Source of the DNA: an uncultured Fidelibacterota bacterium
GTDB lineage: Bacteria; Fidelibacterota; Marinisomatia; Marinisomatales; Marinisomataceae
Direction of reading: 5' to 3'
Length of the DNA: 62,194 nucleotides
Assembly (NCBI GenBank): GCA_902575395.1
Contig: CACGRA010000003.1
Span: 1-62,194, forward strand
A model generated the notes under the pieces. The model was not told the DNA's origin and did no database searches. It saw nothing but the letters and a program-made list of their open reading frames with translations. Position numbers and translations under genes: made by a program. Shown in pieces: positions 29,713 through 37,605 of this stretch. The number at the start of each line of letters is the position of its first letter. Positions within the stretch are counted from its first letter, which is position 1.

Positions 29713-31443
29713 ATGGCATCTGAATCACATGCCGGCTTTTTAATTAGCTCTTTTCTAAGAGGAAATAACGTCTCAACTATCTTTACTTTATGCGGTGGAC
29801 ATATTTCTCCTATTTTGGTAGGATGTGAAGAAGAAGGAATTGATATCGTACAAGTCAGAGATGAAGCTTCAGCTGTATTTGCAGCAGATGCAACTTCGAG
29901 AATTACAAACACAATTGGTGTTGCAGTTGTCACAGCCGGTCCTGGCGTTACAAACACAATGACAGCAATTAAAAATGCACAATTAGCACAATCTCCATTA
30001 TTGCTCCTTGGAGGAGCAGCAGCAACACTATTAAAAGGAAAAGGATCTCTACAGGACATTGATCAATTAAAATTAATGAAACCACATGTAAAATCTGCTG
30101 TGTCTGTAAAAAAGGTCAGAGATATTGTCCCTGCTTTACACAACGCAATTAATTGTGCTTTTTCAGATGTTCCAGGCCCTGTGTTTGTTGAGTTACCTAT
30201 TGATTTGCTTTATCCAGAAGAAACCATAAAAAAAGAATTTGCTTCTCAATTATCATCTAAAACATTTTTTGACAAAATATTTAAATCTTATGTTGAATAT
30301 TATTTAAAAGACATTTTTGCTGTTAAAAAATCATATATGCGACTTAATAAGAAGAAGATTCGACATGCAAGTCAGTCATCTATTGATAAAGCATCTATTG
30401 AAATTTATCAGTCAAAAAAACCAGTAGTATTGCTTGGAAATCAAGCCGTGCATAACAAAGAGTATTTGGAACGATTTGTTAAAGCCTTAAAGAAGCTTTC
30501 TATTCCAACATACACCTCAGGTATGGCACGTGGATGTTTTGGAAAAGACGACTCATTTTTCTTTCGCCACAATCGTAAACATGCATTAAAAAATGCAGAT
30601 TTAGTAATTACTGTTGGTGTTCCATTAGATTTTCGTTTAGGGTATGGTTCTTCTATTAATAAAGATGCAAAAATTATTGCATTAAATAAGAGTAGGGATG
30701 ATTTAACAAAAAACAGAAAACCCCATTTAAAGTTGCAAGGCGATCCTTGTATTAGTATTTACGAAATTGCTAAAGTAATTAACAATAAAATAAGCTGCGA
30801 TCTATGGTTGCAAGAATTGCAAACTTTGGAAGAAGAAAGAGATAATGAGATATTATCTCAATCAGAAGCACACACTGACTTTGTCAATCCTGTAAAAGTA
30901 TGTACAACCATCAATAATGTGTTAGATAAAGATAGTATTATTATTGCAGATGGTGGAGATTTTGTAGGAACTGCATCATATATATTGCGACCACCTCATC
31001 CTTTAAGTTGGCTTGATCCAGGTCCATTTGGAACATTAGGTGTTGGTGGAGGATTTGCATTGGGTGCAAAAAGCGCATTTCCAGATAAAGAAGTATGGAT
31101 TATTTATGGAGATGGAGCTTCTGCGTTTAGCTTAGCTGAATTTGATACGTTTGTTCGACATAAATTACCTGTAATCGCTATTGTGGGCAATGATGCTTCT
31201 TGGCAGCAAATTGCGCGAGAACAAGTCGATATGCTTGGAAGTAATATTGGCACCAATTTAAATAATACTGATTACCATCAAGTTGTAGAAGGGTATGGAG
31301 CAAAAGGATTTTTAGTTACAGAAACTTCTCAGTTACATGACGTGCTATTGCAGGCAAAATCAGATGCAAAAATGGGAATTCCTGTATTAGTAAATGTTCG
31401 TATTGGTAAAACAGATTTTAGAAAAGGATCTATATCCGTATAA
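29713..31443 (+). CDS. ThDP-dependent enzyme, ILVBL/2-hydroxyacyl-CoA lyase-like
   Basis: FTLCGGHISP, TAGPG.TN, WLDPGPFGTLGVG, GDG...ND ThDP motif, C-terminal TDFRKGSISV. Confidence 0.85.
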   Translation: MASESHAGFLISSFLRGNNVSTIFTLCGGHISPILVGCEEEGIDIVQVRDEASAVFAADATSRITNTIGVAVVTAGPGVTNTMTAIKNAQLAQSPLLLLGGAAATLLKGKGSLQDIDQLKLMKPHVKSAVSVKKVRDIVPALHNAINCAFSDVPGPVFVELPIDLLYPEETIKKEFASQLSSKTFFDKIFKSYVEYYLKDIFAVKKSYMRLNKKKIRHASQSSIDKASIEIYQSKKPVVLLGNQAVHNKEYLERFVKALKKLSIPTYTSGMARGCFGKDDSFFFRHNRKHALKNADLVITVGVPLDFRLGYGSSINKDAKIIALNKSRDDLTKNRKPHLKLQGDPCISIYEIAKVINNKISCDLWLQELQTLEEERDNEILSQSEAHTDFVNPVKVCTTINNVLDKDSIIIADGGDFVGTASYILRPPHPLSWLDPGPFGTLGVGGGFALGAKSAFPDKEVWIIYGDGASAFSLAEFDTFVRHKLPVIAIVGNDASWQQIAREQVDMLGSNIGTNLNNTDYHQVVEGYGAKGFLVTETSQLHDVLLQAKSDAKMGIPVLVNVRIGKTDFRKGSISV

Positions 31444-31811
31444 TGAAGATATTTAAACTCATCACAATTGTGATAATGGCTTATTTCTATATCAATGTAG
31501 GGATAAAACATTTTACTGAACCTGAATGGTTTTTACAGATTTATCCACCATTTTTACCATTTGGACTTGCAGCGGTGTATATCAGTGGATTTTTTGAGGT
31601 ATTATTTGGGATAATGCTACTTATTCCAAAAACAAGGTATTATGCAGGCTGGGGACTGATTGTGTTGTTAATTGCAGTATTTCCAGCAAATATTTATTTA
31701 GCATATACCAATGGAGCTGCAATGGATATCTCTGCTGCAGTAGCATGGGGAAGACTTCCATTTCAAGCATTATTTATTGGATTAGCATATTGGCATTCTA
31801 AAGATGTTTGA
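31443..31811 (+). CDS. DoxX-like membrane protein
   Basis: G..HF, SG..E, VFPANI, RLP.Q. Confidence 0.8.
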   Translation: MKIFKLITIVIMAYFYINVGIKHFTEPEWFLQIYPPFLPFGLAAVYISGFFEVLFGIMLLIPKTRYYAGWGLIVLLIAVFPANIYLAYTNGAAMDISAAVAWGRLPFQALFIGLAYWHSKDV

Positions 31812-31883
31812 AAAACTATTAAATAAGGTCATGCATTTTTTTGCTTGGTTAATTATTAATTCAAAAGAAAAATAGGAGTTAAA

Positions 31884-32753
31884 ATGTTTAAAAAAATTAT
31901 TTTATCAATAATATTATTTGGAGCTGTTTTTGCTAGCGACAAACAAAAAGTGGTGTTAATCACTGGCACTGCACACGGCATTGGGAAATCTACTGCTCAA
32001 TACTTAATTGACAAAGGACATATTGTTTACGGTGGAGATATTCTTGTTGAAGAGAATTTATATCTAAATGATATTGGAGGAGTAGCATTAGAGATGGACG
32101 TTACTAAACAAGATCATGTAGAGAATGCCATCAATCAAATTATTGCAGAGCAAGGAAGAATAGACGTATTAGTGAATAATGCTGGAATTGCTGTAGCTAG
32201 CGCTATTGAAGATGTATCAATGGAAGATGCATTATATCAATTTGAAGTAAATTTATTTGGTATTGGGAGAACCGTTAAAGCAGTATTGCCTCATATGAGA
32301 GCTCAAGGAAGCGGGACTATTATCAATATTTCATCAGTATTAGGGAAAGCATATAATCCTCTTTATGGATGGTATGTTTCATCTAAGCATGCGCTTGAAG
32401 GTTGGTCTGATGTCCTTAGATTAGAAGTTGAACAGTTTGGAATAGATGTAGTAATTATTGAACCAGGTATGATTAGAACAAATATTGGTAATTATTCTGC
32501 TCAATATTTTGAAAAATATAGCAAAAATTCTGCCTATGAAAATTTCTATGGTTCTCCTGATGACACGGAGGAAAACAGCTTTAACGATTATTCTGATCCT
32601 ATTGTAATTGCAAAAGTTATTGATAAAGCTATTGATGCTGAAAATCCTAAAACAAGATATTCAGCAGGTGCATATAGTTGGATTCTTTTGACAATGAGAA
32701 GTATATTATCCGACAGATGGTTTGACAAATTAATTGTTAGAGTTACTGGTTAA
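31884..32753 (+). CDS. Short-chain dehydrogenase/reductase with apparent signal peptide
   Basis: ITG...GIG, NNAG, NISS, YVSSK, EPG. Confidence 0.9.
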   Translation: MFKKIILSIILFGAVFASDKQKVVLITGTAHGIGKSTAQYLIDKGHIVYGGDILVEENLYLNDIGGVALEMDVTKQDHVENAINQIIAEQGRIDVLVNNAGIAVASAIEDVSMEDALYQFEVNLFGIGRTVKAVLPHMRAQGSGTIINISSVLGKAYNPLYGWYVSSKHALEGWSDVLRLEVEQFGIDVVIIEPGMIRTNIGNYSAQYFEKYSKNSAYENFYGSPDDTEENSFNDYSDPIVIAKVIDKAIDAENPKTRYSAGAYSWILLTMRSILSDRWFDKLIVRVTG

Positions 32754-32774
32754 GCTATAGTTTAAAAAAATTGG

Positions 32775-32848
32775 GGGCGATTAGCTCAGTTGGTTAGAGT
32801 ACCTGGTCGACATCCAGGGGGTCACTGGTTCGAATCCAGTATCGCCCA
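32775..32848 (+). tRNA. tRNA-Val(GAC)
   Basis: Acceptor stem GGGCGAT/ATCGCCC, D arm GCTC..GAGT, anticodon arm CCTGG-TCGACAT-CCAGG, GGTTCGAATCC; CCA not encoded. Confidence 0.9.
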
Positions 32849-32861
32849 CTAGTAAAATTTT

Positions 32862-33251
32862 ATGAAAAAAGAAGTAAATATTTATCTTGATAAAACGGCA
32901 ATCAGTCTTTCGGTTGCTTGTGCCATACACTGTTTGTTTGTGCCGTTGGTATTATTATATGCTCCTACACTAGCTATATCAGTCTTAACCGATGAATGGT
33001 TTCATACTCTCCTTTTATTTTTAGTTTTCCCTATGAGTATTTTTGCAATGTTTTTTGGATGTAGACAGCATAAAAGATACAATATTTTATTTTATGGAAT
33101 TATTGGATTGATGATTTTAGCGGTAAGTGCTATTTGGGGACATGATATTCTTGGAGAGACAGGAGAAATATTTGCTACTCTTTTAGGAGCTTCTGTTTTA
33201 TCATTTGGACACTATAGAAATCAAAAATTATGTAAGGATTGTTGTAATTAA
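32862..33251 (+). CDS. MerC domain-containing membrane protein
   Basis: LD...I.LS..CAIHC, E..H, G...H, GH..N...C; no mer operon nearby. Confidence 0.85.
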   Translation: MKKEVNIYLDKTAISLSVACAIHCLFVPLVLLYAPTLAISVLTDEWFHTLLLFLVFPMSIFAMFFGCRQHKRYNILFYGIIGLMILAVSAIWGHDILGETGEIFATLLGASVLSFGHYRNQKLCKDCCN

Positions 33252-33342
33252 AGAAGAACCAGCTGTAAGAATAATAATTTTCCTGTTAGGAGCTTGGATA
33301 ATAATATTTATTACACTGCTGATTTCATATCTTTTTTGGTAG
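33247..33342 (+). CDS. Putative 31-aa single-TM small protein (ATT start; or TTG 33205)
   Basis: Reads (I/M)KEEPAVRIIIFLLGAWIIIFITLLISYLFW*; AAGGA 8 nt upstream; ends just before the terminator. Confidence 0.35.
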   Translation: MKEEPAVRIIIFLLGAWIIIFITLLISYLFW

Positions 33343-33356
33343 AATTATTATGGAAT

Positions 33357-33388
33357 AAAAAAAGGCCAGTAAAAACTGGCCTTTTTTG
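33357..33388. terminator. Bidirectional intrinsic terminator
   Basis: AAAAAAAGGCCAGT-AAAA-ACTGGCCTTTTTT between convergent genes. Confidence 0.88.
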
Positions 33389-33405
33389 TAATAAATAAAG
33401 AGTTA

Positions 33406-34239
33406 TTATCTCTTATTTGCTGGTAAGAAATTTCTGTAAATCCCTAAATCAGTATGTTTATCTAATAGACTGTGGAAGTATTTCCAATAATCTATTCTAT
33501 CTTCTCCGAATGCTTCATCTTCCAAAACACCGTTTCCAGCATCATTCATATCTTCTAAAGAAGCATATTCAGTGATATAGAATACAGGTAATGAACCTGC
33601 TTCAATTGATCCTGACCATAGATGAGTTAAGACTTTTTGACTGATAATTTTAGGATTTTTCTTCACAACTTCATCAGCATATTTTTTCATCATTTTTAAA
33701 CGTTCTTCTGATGAACCACCTTCAACTTCATTCATTGGTTTCCAGTATCTTACGCTCATAGATACAACAGGTCCACCAACAATGTTTTCTTCACCCGTTA
33801 TTTCCATTGTATTTTTCTTTTCAAGAGCGCCCCAATGTTCTAGTATATGAACATCTTCATGGTAAGATTGGAAATGTCTGTTATAATTTAAAACAGCCGT
33901 TGCTCTTTCTTCCTGGTTGTTCCATGCTAACTGGTTGATGTTATTAAACCCAGCATAATCAGTTGCATCTCCCATATTTCTAAATTCTCCAAGAATTAAT
34001 ATTTCGGACACTTCGCCTGTCCAAAAGTGGGTAAGAAACATTGAGCTCATTAATTTTCTAGCTACTCTATTTCTTTTTGTGTGAAACTCTATTACATCAG
34101 CTGTTCTGTCGCTCCATGTAAGCTCACTTCCTGATAGTGGTTCCCATTTGTATTTTGACATAGTTACAACTGTATTTCCATCAGTATATTGACCGAAAGC
34201 TACTGTTGTAAATAGAGTTATTAATATTAGTTTTTTCAT
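33406..34239 (-). CDS. Exported hypothetical protein with two internal repeats
   Basis: Signal peptide ending AFG; duplicated VV.MS...W.P / LTH.W.G / H.D units. Confidence 0.75.
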   Translation of the reverse strand: MKKLILITLFTTVAFGQYTDGNTVVTMSKYKWEPLSGSELTWSDRTADVIEFHTKRNRVARKLMSSMFLTHFWTGEVSEILILGEFRNMGDATDYAGFNNINQLAWNNQEERATAVLNYNRHFQSYHEDVHILEHWGALEKKNTMEITGEENIVGGPVVSMSVRYWKPMNEVEGGSSEERLKMMKKYADEVVKKNPKIISQKVLTHLWSGSIEAGSLPVFYITEYASLEDMNDAGNGVLEDEAFGEDRIDYWKYFHSLLDKHTDLGIYRNFLPANKR

Positions 34240-34344
34240 TTTTTTTCCTCTTTTATTTTCCCCCTATAAACCTCTTTTTTAAAGTAATGATATAATGTTA
34301 TAAAAACATTAGGAAAATGTTTCTTTTAGCAATTAATTTGAATT

Positions 34345-35655
34345 ATGAAGTTAGAAAATGTAATTGATTTAATACTTCCTAAATCGTTAGTAAGAAGGAT
34401 TCGCTCTTTTTTAATGAACCAATTTGCTAATCTTGATATACGAGATAAAAAAAGACAAGAATTTGAATCACGAAGACAAGCAAGAGTAGAACCACATAAA
34501 GTTTTATTCTTTTTTCAATCAAATGATCCTTATTCAGCATTGGCTGCGCAATTTCTTCATCGAATTAAAACTGCTTATAATATTCAATTAGAAATTTGCC
34601 TAGTAGGAGAGGAAGGGTATGATGCGCTTCCAGAGCCAGAAATGTATAGAAAATATGTTTTCAATGATGTGCAACGAATTGCTCCATATTACGGTGTTGA
34701 TTTCTCAGGTGCACATATTCCATCTCTTGATAAAAAAAATGCTTTTCTAAGTCATTTATGCACTTTAAATCAACATAAATTAATTAGCGATCTTCCTGAA
34801 TTAAGTTTGAAGTTTTGGAAAGGAGAGTTTGTGGGAAATTCTTGTTCTGAAAATATAGTTCAAAATATATTAAAAGAAGGAAATAAGAAACGAGATGAAT
34901 GTAATCATTATTTAGGAGGTATTTTTCATTATGGAGGAGAAAATTACTGGGGTGTTGATCGTATTAATTTATTATTAGAACGATTGGATAATTTAGGAGC
35001 AAACAAAGCTAATTCTTTGCGTATCCATCCAGCAGTATCTAAAAGTGGTGCTAATTATAATACATCAAATGTAAAGCTTGAATTGTTCTTTTCTGCTAAT
35101 AGTCCATATACTTATCTATCATTTGATCGTGTTAGAAAATTAGGAGAAAAATACAATATTCCTGTTGTAGTAAGGCCTATCAAGCCAATGTTGATGCGTG
35201 GTATGGGAATTTCTCGTAGAAAAGGGTTTTATATTTTATCAGATTGTGCACGCATTGCTGAAAAATTAAAAATTCCTTTTGGAAAAATTAGAATTGCTAC
35301 GGGACTTCCTCTTACAAGAATATATTCTTTATTTCCTTATGTAGATAGAAAAGGAAAAGGGTTTGATTATCTGCATCGATGTATGAAAGGCGCTTATGCA
35401 GAAGCACAAGATATCAGCTCAAAGACATTTTTAAGAAAAGTGTTAATTGATTTAGATCTGAATCCAGATGAAGCATTTGTTCATTTAGATTCTAAAGATT
35501 GGGAATCAGGTTTTGAAAAAAATCGATTAGCGATGTATAGGGTAAATTGTTGGGGAGCTCCTACTTTTAAATTATTTCACAAAAGAAAAAATATTTTATC
35601 TACATGGGGACAAGATCGTATTTGGCTTATTGAAGAAGAGCTAAAGAAGTTGTAG
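34345..35655 (+). CDS. Tandem DsbA-like / 2-hydroxychromene-2-carboxylate isomerase (kappa GST) protein
   Basis: Two units: DPYS...YWGVDR and SPYTYL...WGAPTF...WGQDR. Confidence 0.8.
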   Translation: MKLENVIDLILPKSLVRRIRSFLMNQFANLDIRDKKRQEFESRRQARVEPHKVLFFFQSNDPYSALAAQFLHRIKTAYNIQLEICLVGEEGYDALPEPEMYRKYVFNDVQRIAPYYGVDFSGAHIPSLDKKNAFLSHLCTLNQHKLISDLPELSLKFWKGEFVGNSCSENIVQNILKEGNKKRDECNHYLGGIFHYGGENYWGVDRINLLLERLDNLGANKANSLRIHPAVSKSGANYNTSNVKLELFFSANSPYTYLSFDRVRKLGEKYNIPVVVRPIKPMLMRGMGISRRKGFYILSDCARIAEKLKIPFGKIRIATGLPLTRIYSLFPYVDRKGKGFDYLHRCMKGAYAEAQDISSKTFLRKVLIDLDLNPDEAFVHLDSKDWESGFEKNRLAMYRVNCWGAPTFKLFHKRKNILSTWGQDRIWLIEEELKKL

Positions 35656-35683
35656 ATTATCATTATAGAATCAGGAGGATTTA

Positions 35684-36343
35684 ATGACTTTAAAACAATT
35701 AGATAGCCAATTAGATAAATTTCATCTTCTAAAACATCCTTTTTATATTGCTTGGGAAAAAGGAGAATTAACTCAAGAAATCTTACAAGATTATGCTGAA
35801 CAGTATTATCAACATATTAAAGCATTTCCTAGATATATTAGTGCTACACATTCAATGTGTGATGATATAGAACAAAGAAAAATATTGTTAGATAATTTGA
35901 GTGATGAAGAAGATTTTTCAAAAGACCACCCAATGCTTTGGAAACAATTTGCATTAGCAGCAGGAGCAACCAAAGAGAGCGTAGAATCAGTTAAGCAAGA
36001 ATTATTTACATCAAATCTCATTGATAATTTCTTTCGTTTATCTCGATCTTCTTACGCAGAAGGCCTTGGTGCGCTATATGCATACGAACGTCAAGTTCCT
36101 GAGATTGCGGAAACAAAAATCAAAGGACTGGTGGAACATTACAATATTTCAACTAATAAAGGATTAGAATATTTTGTAGTGCATAAAGATGCCGATATAG
36201 AACATCGTGAACAAAGTGCAATGTTGATGAATCAATTATCAGATGAAGAACGTATTCTTGCTGAAGAAGCAGGTATGTCAACTGTAAAGATGTTGTGGAA
36301 TTTTTTATCTGGTCTTTGTGATAAGCATAATATCAAAAATTAA
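35684..36343 (+). CDS. CADD family heme-oxygenase-like dimetal oxidase (putative pABA synthase)
   Basis: HPFY..W..GELT, YY.HIKAFP.Y.S, NL.DEE, H..LW..F, LYAYE.Q.P, H..AD..H. Confidence 0.85.
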   Translation: MTLKQLDSQLDKFHLLKHPFYIAWEKGELTQEILQDYAEQYYQHIKAFPRYISATHSMCDDIEQRKILLDNLSDEEDFSKDHPMLWKQFALAAGATKESVESVKQELFTSNLIDNFFRLSRSSYAEGLGALYAYERQVPEIAETKIKGLVEHYNISTNKGLEYFVVHKDADIEHREQSAMLMNQLSDEERILAEEAGMSTVKMLWNFLSGLCDKHNIKN

Positions 36344-36379
36344 AAAGACTTTAATTTAAGTCATAACTGGGGATATAAA

Positions 36380-37024
36380 ATTCAACAGCCTTTTTATTCT
36401 GAACAAGAAGATAGGATTAACGCATTAAGTCATGGATTTGGATTAATTCTAAGTGTAATAGGATTCATCTTTTTGCTATTGCGTGCATTTAATAATGGAG
36501 ATCCGATATATCTTTTTAGTCTTATTGTTTTTGGTTTAAGTCTCATATTATTATATGCTGCTTCAACATTATATCACAGCACAAAAGAACCTGTTGCGCG
36601 TAGTCGTTATAGAGTATTAGATATGATTGCAATTTATGTATTAATTGCAGGTTCTTACACTCCTTATGCGCTTGTAATGCTTAAAGGAGTTGAAGGATGG
36701 AAGTTATTTGGCATTATATGGTTAATCGCGCTTGGAGGGTCAATTTGGAAAATTTTTACAACAGGGAAATATAATGTTATTTCTACTATACTTTACTTAT
36801 GTATGGGGTATATATGTCTTTTCTATATCAATCCGTTATTATCAAAATTACCTTATGAAGGTCTAGTATGGTTGATTATTGGTGGGGCTGCATATACAAT
36901 TGGTGTATTTTTCTACTTTATGGATAAAAAAATTCCATACAACCATGCTATTTGGCATATTTGTGTGTTGCTTGGCAGTTTTAGTCATTTTATGTCTATT
37001 TTTTTCTACGTAATACCTTCTTAG
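36380..37024 (+). CDS. Hemolysin III / PAQR family membrane protein
   Basis: YS..E...NALSHG upstream of the called TTG, STLYH, D...IY.LIAGSYTP, HAIWH..V; probable ATT start at 36380. Confidence 0.85.
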   Translation: MQQPFYSEQEDRINALSHGFGLILSVIGFIFLLLRAFNNGDPIYLFSLIVFGLSLILLYAASTLYHSTKEPVARSRYRVLDMIAIYVLIAGSYTPYALVMLKGVEGWKLFGIIWLIALGGSIWKIFTTGKYNVISTILYLCMGYICLFYINPLLSKLPYEGLVWLIIGGAAYTIGVFFYFMDKKIPYNHAIWHICVLLGSFSHFMSIFFYVIPS

Positions 37025-37077
37025 CTGATTATTGCTTTGAATTCTAATTTGTTTTTTTTATTATAGCCCCAATATTT

Positions 37078-37605
37078 ATGAATATAAACGATATCAAAAA
37101 AACCATTACAATAGTTCATGACTATCCTATCCCTGGAATTATATTTAGGGATATTACTACGCTCTTAGAAGACCCTAATGCATTCAAGGCTACAGTAGAT
37201 ATTATGGTAGACAAAGTTTCAGGTTTAGAATTTGATCGTGTAGTAGGAATTGAATCAAGAGGGTTTTTCTGGTCTGCTCCTATTGCGTATGCATTATCAA
37301 AACCATTTGTATTAGCACGTAAACCAGGCAAACTTCCACGCAGAACTGTAAGTAAAGAATTTATCTTAGAATATGGTACAAATAGTGTTCATATTCATGC
37401 AGATGCTATCAAGGAAGGAGAAAAGATATTAATCGTTGATGATTTAATTGCAACAGGAGGAACTGCAATTGCAACTGCTGAATTATGTGTTGAATTAGGT
37501 GCGTCTGAAGTGCATACCCTTGCTTTAATTGATTTGCCAGAATTAGGAGGATCAAAAAAGATAAAAGAACAATTTGGGACAGTGTTAACTTTAATCGACT
37601 ACTAA
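37078..37605 (+). CDS. apt: Adenine phosphoribosyltransferase
   Basis: P.PGI.FRDIT, GIESRGF, RKPGKLP, LEYG, VDDLIATGGT. Confidence 0.96.
   Translation: MNINDIKKTITIVHDYPIPGIIFRDITTLLEDPNAFKATVDIMVDKVSGLEFDRVVGIESRGFFWSAPIAYALSKPFVLARKPGKLPRRTVSKEFILEYGTNSVHIHADAIKEGEKILIVDDLIATGGTAIATAELCVELGASEVHTLALIDLPELGGSKKIKEQFGTVLTLIDY

Noticed and set aside
32862-33251. Mercury resistance locus
   Set aside because: Only a standalone MerC-domain gene; no merA, merR, merP or merT
34293-34321. Overlapping inverted repeats TAATGTT-N5-AACATTA and AACATT-N5-AATGTT in a divergent intergenic region
   Set aside because: Could be an operator, but short AT-rich palindromes are expected by chance and no regulator gene is adjacent
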